From: the human T2T-CHM13v2.0 reference genome, Homo sapiens
Direction: 5' to 3' (one strand)
Length of the DNA: 64,000 bases
Assembly: GCF_009914755.1 (NCBI RefSeq)
Contig: NC_060944.1
Below are positions 1-14,346 of the stretch, one piece after another. The position numbers and the translations under genes were made by a program. The notes below the pieces were generated by a model that was given only the letters and a program-made list of their open reading frames with translations, did not search any database and was not told where the DNA came from. Position 1 is the first letter of the stretch, and each line of letters begins with the position of its first letter.

Positions 1-469
1 TACAGCAAGTGGCCCTCGGCAGCTCAGGCTCAGGGAATTTCAAATGTATCACCTCCACCGGCTGGACAAGTCCTCTCAAGACAGGCTCTGGGGCCAAGGG
101 AGGATGTTGTGACTGGTGCTAGCAACATTGTCATGATGGAAGGTGGCCTGGCTTCCGGGACATGACAGGCCATGGGTGAAGTGTGGGTTCAGAGTCACAG
201 AAGAATCATGAAGAAGACATTCTTATGCACCTGACACCTGACTTGGGAGCAGGTTCTTTGCCTACATCCAGTTAGTCTCTACCACAATTCAAGTGGAGTC
301 TTTCTCCCCATTCTCATATTACAGGTGAAGAAACCCAGCTTAGGGAGATGAGGTAACTCTCCCAGAGTCCCCAGCGAAGGACTTGAGCCAGGACAGTTGG
401 ATCCTAAGTCTCCTGCTTCCCCTCCCTCAGCACGCTACTCCTCACAGAACAACGCTTTATTTAGTTTTG

Positions 470-700
470 GACATTTTAACCTTTATTTTGGAATAATTTC
501 AGACTTACACAAAGGCTGCAAAAATAGCATAAAGCATTCTCGTATACCCTTCATTCCACTTCCCCAAATGTTAACATATTATACAATCACAGTACAACGG
601 TGAAAACTAGAATATCAACATTCACACAATACTATTAACTAATCTGCAGATTTTATTCACATTTCATCAACTATTCCACTAATGTTTTTTTCTGGTAGGA
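470..700 (-). mobile_element. Old L1 (L1MC-like) 3' end fragment
   Basis: Resembles the reverse complement of an L1MC 3' UTR (ttattttggaataatttcagacttacac...cgtatacccttca); boundaries approximate. Confidence 0.5.
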
Positions 701-710
701 TTCCATTTAA

Positions 711-1072
<362 letters not shown>

Positions 1073-1219
1073 TGACACCTAATCTTCAGGGGTCTGCGGA
1101 TAATTTCTAAATGGGGCTCACAGTTTATTCCTCCCTCATAGGGAGGCTGCAATTACCTCACAAAGCTCCACTAGGGTCACAACAAGATAGCAAAAGCCAG
1201 TGCAGGGCCTGCAGGTATA

Positions 1220-1340
1220 GGGGGATCCTGCAAGCAGAAATCTGTGGTGGGCGGGCGGCAGGTGAGCAAGGAGAACGTGTCTGTAAAGGAAGCACAGGGA
1301 ACAGGTGGTGGCTTTGTAAGACAGTTGGAACCCAAGGAAG
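1220..1340 (+). other. CSTL1: Putative non-coding first exon of CSTL1 (5' end uncertain)
   Basis: Strong donor AAG|gtaaga at 1340/1341, about 460 nt upstream of the ATG; the start cannot be determined from sequence alone. Confidence 0.35.
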
Positions 1341-1801
1341 GTAAGAATAATGTACCACTCCTTGCTCCATATGACTGCTTCCTTATATCTCAGTTCAGAT
1401 ATTACCTTCTCCGTAAGGCCGCCTCCCTTCCTGTAAGTGATGCTTCTCTATCTACAACCCCAGCTCTTATTGCAGAGCACTGTAGGGGCTGTTCTGGGGC
1501 TTTTCTTCCCTGAGACATGTGAAGGCAGGGAGAGGGGCTTGCACGCCTTAGCAGGTGTTTAAAAATTTTGCTTGCCTGGATCACCAAAGAACTGAATGGG
1601 TGGTGTAAATGGGTAGAAAATGAACTGGCTGGAAACTGAGTGACAAGGTTCAGGTCTGAATCTCTGTTTAAATGCAGGCAGGCCATCCCCCAGGAAAGCC
1701 TATGTTGGTGAGGGTTATGATGGGAGAATGAGTGAACTGCAGCCTGGCACCACCACACCCTGGAAGGTGCAGTTGGGAAGAAAGTTTCTGAGGCTGTAGA
1801 C

Positions 1802-2020
1802 ATGGGGATCGGATGCTGGAGAAACCCCCTGCTGCTGCTGATTGCCCTGGTCCTGTCAGCCAAGCTGGGTCACTTCCAAAGGTGGGAGGGCTTCCAGCAG
1901 AAGCTCATGAGCAAGAAGAACATGAATTCAACACTCAACTTCTTCATTCAATCCTACAACAATGCCAGCAACGACACCTACTTATATCGAGTCCAGAGGC
2001 TAATTCGAAGTCAGATGCAG
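1802..2020 (+). CDS. CSTL1: Cystatin-like 1, coding exon 1 (signal peptide, 73 codons)
   Basis: MGIGCWRNPLLLLIALVLSAKLG...FFIQSYNNASNDTYLYRVQRLIRSQMQ; donor CAG|gtttgt, phase 0. Confidence 0.96.
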
Positions 2021-2290
2021 GTTTGTACCTTGCTCTCCCAAGACATCAGCAGGCCCTGTTCTTGCCAGTTCAGACATGTGAGGATTCTGGGGTAGCTCCC
2101 AAGAGAACCAAGTGGTGGTCCTCCGTGAGGTCCCAAGGGGGAAGCATCTTCACTTGTAGCAGGTACATTGTAGAGTTGTTCAGATCCCAGAATGTCCTTA
2201 GCCATGCTTCCAAAATGCTTTCCTAAGGACTGGCATGAACTCTAACTCCAATACACTTAGAGGCAAAAGTGTTCACTGAGGATTAAACTC

Positions 2291-2592
<302 letters not shown>

Positions 2593-2985
2593 AGCTCTTT
2601 TTCCTTGGGAAGAAATGCCTTTCATTCTGATATTTGACCCTGCCGGAGTGACAGCAAGGATAATTTTGCTCCCTTTAAAGTTCTCATTTGGCAAAATACA
2701 AATATTCTCTGTAGGCCTGTAGCCCCCAATATTTTTTCAATGTGTAGGGTTGTAAAATTCAAAACTGGGTGTTCTGTGTTATACAAACTTCAAATTATAC
2801 AGAGGGTTTATTCTGGAAGTGGAGAGGATGTGAGAGATAGGGTTCAGCCAGATCACCTCACCTTCTGTTTTACATATAAAATTTCTCTGAAATATATCAA
2901 TTGAAGGATAATAGAAGAAAGAAAAGTTGTTAGGGAACGCCTTTTATTGGTACAACATTTCCTCAAGGTCAGATAATAAACTATA

Positions 2986-3317
2986 CAGTCCCCTTGGTGT
3001 CCATGAGGAATTGGTTCCAGGACCCCTCAGGATGCCCACATCCATGGATTCTGAAGTCTTTTATGTAAAATGGAATAGTGTTTCCACATAACCTATGCAC
3101 ATCTTCCCACATATGGTAAATCATTTCTAGATTAATTATAATAAGTGGTACAGTGTAAATGCTATGTAGATAATTATTATACTGTACTGTTTAGGGAATA
3201 ATTACAAGAAAAAATGTTCAGTATACAGGCAACCATACATTTTTTTTTCCTGAATATTTTGATGCACGGTTGTTTGCATCCACAGATATGGAGCTCGTAA
3301 GTACAGAGGGCTGACTG
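2986..3317. mobile_element. MER2 (TcMar-Tigger non-autonomous DNA transposon)
   Basis: Termini cagtc...gactg, each flanked by TA; internal ttggttccaggaccc typical of MER2. Confidence 0.8.
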
Positions 3318-5467
3318 TAGAAGTTGGGGCAGCAACAATGCTACGTCCTAGTTCAATTAGCTAGATTTGGGAAAACACAACTGGCTATGGGAAAGCTCTC
3401 TCGCCAGAGAGTAAGGCAGCTGGAACAGAGAGAACCGGCAAGGTGGGAGGGCAGCGTGGGGAGGACCAGTCAGCATAGGTCAAATCCTCATCCCAATGCA
3501 GACTGTCCCACAGGCTGGCTCAGTGAGGCACTTCTACCACAAGATGGCGATGTTGCCCATTTGGTTCTTGGTTCTTCCACAATTGGTTAAGACCCCAAGG
3601 AGGCTTGCCTTGTGAAATCAATCCATCACCATTAAGTTAGCTGTTAAGGAATAATCATGAGCATTTGATGTCATTCACATTGATAAGCAGACAGAGCAGG
3701 CGTGCCTCCTGGTAGCTGGGTGATCTTGGCATGGGCCTCTGGGCACCCCCACACCCATATGACCATTGTGTCTGTCCTTACACCTCACAGAGGGGACAAG
3801 AGCAGGCGTGGAGGGCTGCCAGGTGCCTCTGGGGGCTTCACGCCCAGCTCCTCCCAACTGAGGCTCCTGGTCAAGTGACATCCAGACTCTCCAGACCTCA
3901 GTTTCTTCACCTGCAAAGTGCCTCAGAATAGGAGGGAAGCACTTAGCACAGTGCCAACATCTGGTAGCACTTATAAAAAATCTTTGCTGTTATTATGACT
4001 ACTCCTGTCATTATCGAACAAATAAGTCTAATAACGAATAACACTTTGCACACTGGAATGTCAGTTACAGTGATGACGGGTGGTTTAGTTTTTTCTTACA
4101 TTCTGAGCATGCTGAAAGTCAGTGTGACCGTGCCTGGGGCAGCCCTGCAAATGCCCATGCATGGATGGCCCCCACATGTTTGGGTGCGGGGAGGCTGGTA
4201 CTGCCCTCAGGTCTAGGCTCCCTGCTGCCCTGTCCCAGTGTTTGCTAAGGGTGTCTTCCTCCCAGGAGCAGTGTGGGCACTCTCTGCCTCAGTCACCACC
4301 CCAGAGATGACCAAGCCCTCTCACTGGGCTTGACCAGTGACAGGGCAAGGCAACAGGGAGCTTCCCAGAGCTTCTCCTGCACCGGTGAAGATCCACTAAT
4401 CCACATATCTACTCAGGAATCCAGCTCAGAACCCGACAGGGAACCGTAACCCCCAAGCTCTCTGTTAGTCTCCCTTCTGGGCGTAGGGCCTCCCTGCCCA
4501 CAAGGGCTTTTCCAGGCTCCAACCCCTGCAGGCTTCATGGCCTCACACTTGATCACAAGTGAAAGAGCCATGGGGAAATCCCTGGCATGCGTTCTCCATG
4601 GCTCGTGTACCCACCATGCCTCCTTCCTTCATTTCTGTACACGCTAGGAGGAAACTGGCATTATTCTCCTCATTTCCTAGATGAGGAAACTGAGATTCAG
4701 TAAAATTTACAGAGTCTGCAGGGGGTAAAGCCAGATTTTGTGTTCTGTCACTCTCCTAACACTGAATCTGCTTCAAAGTAACACTGCAGACACTTTGCTA
4801 AAAGATGTAATAACTTATAATTATGAAAATATTTAAAATTTATTTTATGCATTCAGGGAAATGCAAGCTTCCATTTAGCCCACATAACAACTCCAGAAGC
4901 AGGCACAATTGTGGTTTGTAGTTTGTAAGTGAAAAAGCTGAGGATGCTAAGTAACTTGCTCAAGGTCACAGTCACTAAATGGAAAATGCATGCCCCAAAT
5001 CAATTCGATTCCAAAACTGTTTTTAACTGTATTGCTAAGCTGCCTTCCACTAGGTTGGTCAGGAAGGATAGTAGAGACAGAGGAAATGGCAGAAGGGACT
5101 GGGGGGGTGGGGACAAGATGCTGGCTCTGTTGCATTTTGAAGGCCACATCTGCCAGCCTGGGAGTGGCCTGTGGTGGCCAGGCAACCCAGCTTGATGTTG
5201 CCTCTTCTGTCCTGAGGATGGAACGGAGGCAGGTGAGAAGCTTTCTGTGGCTGCTGCAGCAAAACCAACCTATGACCAGGGGCTTTGGCTGCCATTGCCC
5301 TCCCTCCAGCCAGAAGTAAGGAGAAGGGAGCCATGCTTTTGGTGGGTAAGCTCCGCGAACAAGAACTGTGGCCCTGGGAGCTTTACTCTCAGTCCTAGCT
5401 TCTCCAGGAGAGGGTCAGCCACTGGATGCTTGGAGTCCACACTAACAGCACAACTGATTCTCGGCAG

Positions 5468-5578
5468 CTGACGACGGGAGTGGAGTATATAGTCACTGTG
5501 AAGATTGGCCGGACCAAATGCAAGAGGAATGACACGAGCAATTCTTCCTGCCCCCTCCAAAGCAAGAAGCTGAGAAAG
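5468..5578 (+). CDS. CSTL1: Cystatin-like 1, coding exon 2 (37 codons)
   Basis: cag|LTTGVEYIVTVKIGRTKCKRNDTSNSSCPLQSKKLRK|gt; first disulfide pair. Confidence 0.96.
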
Positions 5579-6304
5579 GTGTGTAGTGGAAGTCATCCCA
5601 AAGGGACTTGTGAAGTGAATATTTTAAAAAGCAACAGCTAGAAGTTGGCAGTTTTGCCACTTGTGTGGATTGGGGCCAGCTGGGGCCCAGCCCTGGGGCT
5701 GTCTGGCACCTCCTGAGGCACCTGGGTGAAGGAGGGAGGCTTTATATTTGGGCTGGTACAGCCCTGCACCCAGGCCTCTGGTCGCCTGGACCCTTCTCCA
5801 ACCTGGCCTGCTCCCCAGACCCTCTGCGTGAAAGCAGTGGTTCCCTTTCCTTGGGGTCCTTCTTCTGTCTTCTTTCTCCCTCTCCAGGTCTCTAAGATTG
5901 TCCAATTTCCTCCTTGTTCCCTTCTATTTTTCCTGGTCCATGAGTGGCACCCCTTGAAAGCTGGCAGATACAAGGGGCTCCCCCATGCCTGGGGAGGTGC
6001 AGGAGGAGGTAACGATGCTATTGCTCCTTGCTGGCCTGCCTGGCCCACATGACAGGGTCCGGCCAGGCCATAGACTCCAGGTTCACCTGCTGTGGGTCCC
6101 AAGTGGCTGGGTAGGGGGAAGACAGGGTGACATTCCTGTTCCAGACTGGCACTCCTTTCTATTTCTACCCTTGACTGTGGGCAGCTCCCCTCTCTGCCCA
6201 TGGGGTTCATGAGCAGCCACAGGGAGAGACCTGGGGAACAGGTGCCTGTTGCTTGCCTTTGAAAAATACTTCCCCCAAAGTCTGTTTTCTTTCTTCTTCT
6301 ACAG

Positions 6305-6412
6305 AGTTTAATTTGCGAGTCTTTGATATACACCATGCCCTGGATAAACTATTTCCAGCTCTGGAACAATTCCTGTCTGGAGGCCGAGCATGTGGGCAGA
6401 AACCTCAGATGA
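6305..6412 (+). CDS. CSTL1: Cystatin-like 1, coding exon 3
   Basis: Polypyrimidine tract, acag|SLICESLIYTMPWINYFQLWNNSCLEAEHVGRNLR*; PW motif and second disulfide; total 145 aa. Confidence 0.96.
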   Translation, partial: SLICESLIYTMPWINYFQLWNNSCLEAEHVGRNLR

Positions 6413-6445
6413 GGGCTCATATGATTGAGTTGTGCACTGGCTGTT

Positions 6446-6451
6446 ATTAAA
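6446..6451 (+). terminator. Polyadenylation signal ATTAAA of CSTL1
   Basis: ATTAAA about 35 nt after the stop codon. Confidence 0.7.
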
Positions 6452-6489
6452 CTGTAAAGGATCATGTCTCCCTCATTGGGGTCTTATTA

Positions 6490-6710
6490 CACATGCACAC
6501 ACACACATGCACACACAGAGTGTACACGTACACACACTTGCACATACTTACCTTCACAACCCACACACACAATGCTCATACTCACGACACCCTCACACTC
6601 TCACCACTCACATACATGCACATTCACTTTAACAGCCTCACACACTCATCCACCCGCCCACCCACTCACTCCTACATGTCAAGCACATGCACACTCACTC
6701 GCACACACAT
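6490..6710. repeat. Degenerate (CA)n-rich simple repeat
   Basis: cacacacacatgcacacacagag... directly visible. Confidence 0.9.
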
Positions 6711-6737
6711 TCAGTGGTCTTCAGGGGTTGGTGCAAT

Positions 6738-7093
6738 CTTTTCTTTCTTTTCCTTTCTTTCTTTCTTTTTTTTTTTTTTTTTTGAGACACAGTCTTGCTC
6801 TGTTGCCCAGGCTGGAGAGAAGTGGCGCAATCACTGAAGCCTCCGCTAAAGTGGAGCTCACTGAAGCCTTGACTTCCCCGGGCTCAAGTGATTCTTTCAC
6901 CTTAGCCTCCCAAGTAGCTGAGATTACAGGTGCACACCGCTTTGTCCAGCTAATTTTTTAAAACACTTTTTTTGTGGAGACAATATCTCCCTTTCTTGCC
7001 TAGGCTGGTCATGGACTCCTGGGCTCAAGTAATCCTCCTGCCTCAGTCTCCCAAAGTGTTGGGATTATAGGCGTGAGCTACCGCACCCACCCA
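6738..7093 (-). mobile_element. Alu (AluJ-like) with a short internal duplication
   Basis: ctcctgggctcaagtaatcctcctgcctc; cactgaagcct occurs twice near 6832-6870. Confidence 0.9.
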
Positions 7094-7269
7094 GCTGATG
7101 CAATTAGAACAGAATGTTCATAATCATTGGGGAAACCTCATCATTCTTTCTACGCCACCCCACATCTCTATGGCTTTTCTGAATTTAGCATGTCCCTGAG
7201 CTCTGACCCTAGTGTGGGGAGCCCTATTTCTTCCCAGCACACACACAACACTGTGACTCACACACATTT

Positions 7270-8149
<880 letters not shown>

Positions 8150-8983
8150 CTGAGTCATTGAGCCTCCCATGTTCTGATGGCTGCTTAAATAAGACCTGTG
8201 TTTTCTCCTCTTCTCTGGCTGACAGTCGATTAGAGAAGGTGCATGTTAGACCAGAAATGGTCTAATAGCCACAGACAATGGCTGACAGTGTGCCTATTGT
8301 ACCACTTGACCATTCAGCCTCTTCCCAGGCACCAGCGCCACCAGCTGGTCATAATGGCAACTTGAGGGAGTATTGCTAAAGGGGAAGAATAAACATAGAG
8401 CAAGAACCTCAAACTTGACAGCAAGGCCTGAGGGAGAAGAGAGGATGGAGGAAGAGAGTTAAAGGAGGTGGAATTCCTTGGCAAAAAACCCCACAAAAAC
8501 AACCTCCCCACAAACGTCACAAAAACAAAAAGGCCAGAAAGCACCCAGTCCTGCAAATCTAAGCTAATTGAGGGCTGACTGGGTGACCAGCACTGGCCTG
8601 CTGCCCACATTATCCTATTTGATCATCATGACCACCCTACGAAATGGCAACTTTTTCTCCACTTTATAGATGAAGAGCCTCCAAAGGCAGCCTCTGTCCA
8701 GATTCTAACATCCTAACTTAACACAGCTTGTTGGTTGCATTTTTAGAAATGGAGTCATACAATATATATTCTTTTGTTTCTGGCTTCTTGAATTCAATAC
8801 ATCCGTGTGGTCGTGTGTAGTTATAGTTCACTTTCTTTATTGTATAGAATTGCTTTGTGTAAATATACCACAATTTATCTATTGTACTGATAATGTACTT
8901 TTGGGTCGTTTTCAGCTTCTAAGAACAATAGCTATTAACAAGCGTGAGTGTGCCTGTCTAATGCTGGACACATTACATGTACT

Positions 8984-9293
8984 TCTTTTCTTTTCTTTTT
9001 CTTTTTTTTTTTTTTTGTGAGACAGAGTTCCACTCTTGTTGCCCAGGCCGCAGTGCAGTGGCACGATCTTGGCTCTGCCTCCCAGGTTCAAGTGATTCTC
9101 CTGCCTCAGCCTCCCAAGTAGCTGGGATTACAGGTGCCTGCCACCATGCCCAGCTAAATGTTTTTGTATTTTTAGTAGAGATGGGGTTTCACCATGTTGG
9201 CCAGGCTGGTCTCAAACACCTGACCTCAGGCGATCCACCCGCCTCGGCCTCCCAAAGTGCTGGGATTACAGGCATGAGCCACCGTGCCTGGCC
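8984..9293 (-). mobile_element. Alu (AluSq/Sp-like)
   Basis: Poly-T and Alu body ending gagccaccgtgcctggcc. Confidence 0.93.
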
Positions 9294-10920
9294 ACATACA
9301 TGTGTTTCTATTGGATATATGCCTAAGAGTTAGTTGGTAATAGGATGTGCTTACGTTTAGCCTTTAGCTATTTTTTGCTCAAGACTTTTAAACATTGTTT
9401 GTTTTTTACCTAATTTGTTTTTCTAATGTTACTTACTTATCGATTTAAATCTTGTTCAACCTCTAAGTTCTTACTTTTTGAACATCTTTTATTTATATGG
9501 TCTAATTGTACTATTTCTATCTTTTTTTTGCTTTCCAACTTTAGAGTCATCTCTTATTATTATTATTGTTATTATTATTTTATTTCAATGGGTTTTTGGG
9601 AACAGGTGCTGTTTGGTTACATAGATAACATCTTCTGTGGTGATTTCTGAGATTTTGGCACACCTCTCACCTGAGCAGTGCACACTCTACCCAATGTGTA
9701 TTTCTATCTCTTTAAACACAATTTCATATTGACACTCTATTCTTTTTATAATGTTTTACCAAACTTTATGGCATTACTTTGAATTTTTTAAAGTGAACTC
9801 TCCCACCCCACCCGCTCACCTTGCTTTCTAACTAGCAAACAGGAATGGTGGGCCTGAGCCAGCATTGAGACAGGAGTGGGCACCCAGGCCCTGGCTGAGT
9901 ACAGGGAGGCAGCACAGCAGAGCTCTCCGGCGATGGAGCAGTGCTGTGTCTTGAGCATGGTGCTGGTTACACGAATGTACACGTGTGACTAAATGGCACA
10001 CACACAGTACCAATGTTGGCTTCCTAATTGTGATATTTTTCTGTGATGTGATAAGATGTAACCATTAGGGGAAACTAGAGGAAGGACACAGAGGACTTCT
10101 CTCTACTACCTTTGTAACTTCCTGGAAATATATACTAATTTTTTAAAAAACTTCAAAGAAAGCCCCCACAACGTTGGCTGAGAAATCCAAGAGATTAATG
10201 GGCATAAATGTTCCACCTTCTCTTTTTAATCTCCCCAAGAATAGTAATGCCTGCCTTGGGGACACCATAGCAAAAAATGTCAGAAAAGTGTTGACTGTTG
10301 ACTGGTATTAAATTACTACCACTGCCACTGCCAGCATTCTTCCTAATGGTTAATATTTATTTGAATGCCTGCTTCGTGTTAGGCACTGTGTTAAGCAATT
10401 TATATGCATTATCATCATCAATCTTTACAACTGCCTCAAGGAGTAGGTACTGTTATTCTCAGTTAAAGATGAAGACATTGTAGGTTAGCATCATCCCAGG
10501 CAGTTGGCGGAGGGAAACCCCACCTGGGCCCCGCTGAAACAGGGTTCTGGGCATTCCAGCACTTCAACAGGGAGAGTAAAAGCCAAAAATAAATTATTTG
10601 TTCTTTCAAAGCCAATCCCATCTTGGTGAGAACTGGTGTTGCTGACGTGCATCTCAGCTCACAGTTCACACATGCAGGAGCTCTCCTGTTGGTGCTCTGC
10701 CTATAGTCTCTCAAATCTCACACTTTCTGTGCATGCCAGCTTGACTTCCCTGTGCCCTTTTATTTGTGCACCGTCTCTGCCGCTTACTCTGCCCTGGAGC
10801 TGCCTCAGGCCAGAGGTACTAGGGAATTCATGCCCCCTAAGAGCCAATACTGATGGGAACTGAACTGTTGGATAAATACCCCAACTCCCTCTCCCCGCAG
10901 GGAAATGAATGCTGTAATGC

Positions 10921-10968
10921 CGTGTGTATGTGTGTGTGTGTATGTGTGTGTGTATATGTGTGTGTGTT
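10921..10968. repeat. (TG)n microsatellite
   Basis: Directly visible. Confidence 0.9.
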
Positions 10969-11957
10969 TGCTATGGTGTCCCTAGACCTCACCTGTTGTA
11001 TTAAACCCAAGGCTTTTGCTTGAGCTCTTGGGAACAAGATCTTCCTCCCTTTCTTACTGGATGTGAAGGAGGACACACCTAACCCATTGAGCTGCTGGCA
11101 GCCTCCCTGCAACCACATGGAGGAGGAAGTGGAGTGGGGTAAGCCCGGTGACATCATCTGAGACCTTGAATCAGGCTGCGGAGTTGGGGGATGCTTCCTC
11201 CCGTGGCTGCTGTGCCTTCTGTGGAAAGAAAGCCCCTTGAACAGAGGACTCCTGGCTTCTCCCTGTCCTCAGGACTTCCTCTCCTGCTGGGATTAATCTG
11301 ACTGGTCTGTTTGGGAAGAATGAACTGGGCATTGTCACCAGGTCTGCCTCCTTCACGGGGGGCACATATGTCCCTTTGCTCCTCTAGGAGAGGAATTTAT
11401 TTATAGACAGACCCGGTTTGGTCCAGTGTTGCTCGTGCAAGGGGGCAGAAGTCTAATTCTGGAGTTTGCAATTAGAAAGTGCACTTGCTTGCAAAAATAA
11501 GGCACATCTCTCAACCTGGTTATCATATCAGTAGCAAAGGCCTTGTCTTTCTTAGTTCTTTGGTGATTTCTTCTTATTTCACACTTTAGGTAAGGAGAGA
11601 GGGTGATCTTCATTGGGCCCCTCAGACGTGCCATCACAGGCCATACTTGCAAATGTCTCTTGGCTGTTCAGTTGCTTTGAGCTTCTTCCCTCTCCTTATT
11701 CTGCTTCTCAGTTTCTCCATACTATTTTAAAATCTAAAGAATCTTAAAATCTTGCCTGATATGAGAATGAAATTGAAGTTCTGCTACCATGAAGGCATAG
11801 GTGATAAGGTCAGGAATAATGTAGGTCACCTCATTTGGACCCCCAAACTGCCCTGGCCCAGCAGACTTTCAGATTATTACTATGAGCTGAAGAATTTGGA
11901 TAAAAGGAAAAAGAAAAAAAGTGGAATCACGATCTTAAGAGAATATGTTGACAAACA

Positions 11958-11963
11958 TTTATT
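11958..11963 (-). terminator. Polyadenylation signal AATAAA of CST11
   Basis: tttatt on the + strand, about 75 nt past the CST11 stop. Confidence 0.8.
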
Positions 11964-12037
11964 GCCTATATTAAGGATTATTGCCCATTGCAGGATTCTC
12001 TCACATGCAGTGGCCGCAGTTGTACACTCCAGGACAC

Positions 12038-12121
12038 CTAGTCACTGCTGCAGCTTTTGTTCAAAATTTTGTACTGTTCAAACCAGGGTACAGCAAACAC
12101 TGAGAAGAAGCAGTTGACTTG
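12038..12121 (-). CDS. CST11: Cystatin-11, coding exon 3
   Basis: ttttag|QVNCFFSVFAVPWFEQYKILNKSCSSD*; total 138 aa. Confidence 0.96.
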   Translation of the reverse strand, partial: QVNCFFSVFAVPWFEQYKILNKSCSSD

Positions 12122-12459
12122 CTAAAACAAAAAACAAAGGCAATATTTTAAAAGACGCCAGGTGAAATTTAAAAGGAGAAGGAAGAGGATGTAAGACACG
12201 AAGATGGAGAAAAGGCTACCACCTCTCCACCCCTACAATCCTATTTGACCACAAACAGAAGGACATTTTCTGGAATGATCCCAGCAATGTTACTATCAAG
12301 CGGCTGAAATCAAAATAAATATCAAACAAGATATTTAGAAATAAAGTGTCTGCGCAGCCCATATTCACCATGGGTACTGCTGATTCTTTTTTCCCTCTTC
12401 ATTTTTACTCATTTTTTTAAACTTCACTTCTTCCCTTATTTGTCCTCTCTTGGCTCCAT

Positions 12460-12750
12460 TTATTCATCCACCCATTCTTCCAACCATCTATTTATCCCTC
12501 CATTCATCTACCCATATGTCCATCCATCCATTTGTCCATCCATTTATCCTTCAGTCCATCCCCCATCCATCCATTTACCCATCTGTCGACCCATCAACCC
12601 ATTCATCCATCCTTCCATTCATCCCTCATCCATCTCCATTCATTCTTCCATTTATCCCTCCTTCCATCCACCCATCCATCTTTACTTCCTGACTTTGCTT
12701 CCTCTCCCTCAGTGCATGCAGCCTTGCTTCATTTCTTCATCCATCTGTCC
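12460..12750. repeat. Degenerate (CCAT)n simple repeat in CST11 intron 2
   Basis: catccatccatt... directly visible; source of three spurious HPSI-rich ORFs. Confidence 0.9.
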
Positions 12751-13350
12751 ATTGCACCATCTCCCACAGATGGGCCAGTGCCAGGTGGGATGAAGGCCTG
12801 TTGGAGCTGGAGCTGCCTTCGGGGGTGGTGGCGGCTTCCCAGCAGAGCACACGCATGCAAGTTTGTGCCCCTCATCCACCCTCACCCACCAGTCAAATCA
12901 TTTCTGAACTTGTTTCCTCACCTCCTCCTCCCCCTGGATGAACATGGCTGGATGAAATGAGAGAGGACAGGAGCCCAGCACTTGCGCGGCCTTGTCATGT
13001 TGACTCTGAGGTATTCAGTCAGCGCACCTGACAGGTCCCTCCCACAGGCTGCTTAAATATTAGGAATTGTCTGCTTCCCTCGCCCCAGAGTGTGCCCCTG
13101 CAGCTCGGCCACCTCAACTCCTCTCTCTGGACATGTTCAGCCTCCTCACACTCCTTCCAGCAACAAAGGAGCAGCATCTCGGCTGTCTCCACCTTTGCTT
13201 TCCCTCTCTGAGGAAGGAGGTGTTACCCATGCATTCTTTTCAAGCCAGCTTGAGTAAATTCCAATTAATTCTTCCCAACTCATTCTAAAGCCACAGAAAA
13301 ACCTCACTGAAAAGGACTTCTGTCTACGTTAAAGTGCTTTTACCCAATAC

Positions 13351-13455
13351 CTTGTGAAGCTCCCTTTCCTGGGGGACACAGTTCGTGGTCTCTGGCTTTT
13401 GGCAGGTGGTCCACTGCATTTCCACATTCAGGTGATACTCCAGGTGGTCAGTGAC
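13351..13455 (-). CDS. CST11: Cystatin-11, coding exon 2 (35 codons)
   Basis: cag|VTDHLEYHLNVEMQWTTCQKPETTNCVPQERELHK|gtattg. Confidence 0.96.
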
Positions 13456-13715
13456 CTGTGGGCGCCAGGCGTGGGGGAGGCACAGCTTGTCCCCTTCTCC
13501 CCTGTCTGCGGTTTCTGTGCCTGGGGGCTCCGCTACCCCACGTCCAAGGGCAAGGAGCTGGTCCTAGGCGGATTAGCGGGCTCCTCTCTCCTCTATTTGA
13601 CTCATGATTGTTTTTGTCATTCCAAGAGAATTAACCAGAAACCATCAGAAACATGAACTTTCCCCCTGGGCAAATCTATCCCTTGGGTAATGCAAGTGAC
13701 GCTAGTGATTCTGGA

Positions 13716-13938
13716 TAGGGGTCTGTAAACTTTTTCCGTAAAGGGCTACATAGTAAACATCTTACGTTTTATTGGCCATGTGGTCTCTCTAACTACTCAG
13801 TTCGGCATGAGTGTGGCAGCAGCAAGCAGTGGCAGACAAAGCACAGGCATGCTCATGGCTAGGTCACAAGAACACGACTTACAAAAGTGGGCGGCAGGCA
13901 GTTTTGGCCCTTGGGATGTAATGTGCTGAGGATCCCTG
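13716..13938. mobile_element. MER58A-like hAT-Charlie element
   Basis: aggggtctgtaaactttttccgtaaagggc...atccctg termini. Confidence 0.6.
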
Positions 13939-14118
13939 GTCCTGGGTTTTGTTTAAGTGCCTTAATTTCATCACCCTAGTGAATTTATGCTTCTCTTAAA
14001 GTGCTCACATCAAGCTAAGCAAGGTTGAATTTCCCTTGAGTGGGACTATTCCTGACACCAGTGGCCACCCGATGTGGGCGTATCAGGCCTGGGGAGAGGC
14101 GGGAAGTCATACACTCAC

Positions 14119-14346
14119 CTGCCTCTGGACTTTAAGGACTCGGAAGATCCTGAAGTGGTACTTGTCATCACTTTCCTTGTTATACTGGTCGGTGATCCAC
14201 TGCAAGCTGTCCTTCGCATAGTTTTCTACTGCCATCACTTCATGGACGCTTAGAAAGGTTTTCTTCCTTGCTTGGTAGGGGAGGGCCATCAGAGTCAATA
14301 GAATGGCCAACAGGAGCTGTAGGGCCTGCCAGGGCTCAGCCATCAT
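14119..14346 (-). CDS. CST11: Cystatin-11, coding exon 1 (signal peptide, 76 codons)
   Basis: MMAEPWQALQLLLAILLTLMALP...DQYNKESDDKYHFRIFRVLKVQRQ|gtgagt. Confidence 0.97.

Noticed and set aside
5638-6336. 232-aa minus-strand ORF
   Set aside because: Antisense to a CSTL1 intron/exon in GC-rich DNA, no recognisable domain
12440-12960. His/Pro/Ser/Ile-rich ORFs
   Set aside because: Translations of the (CCAT)n repeat
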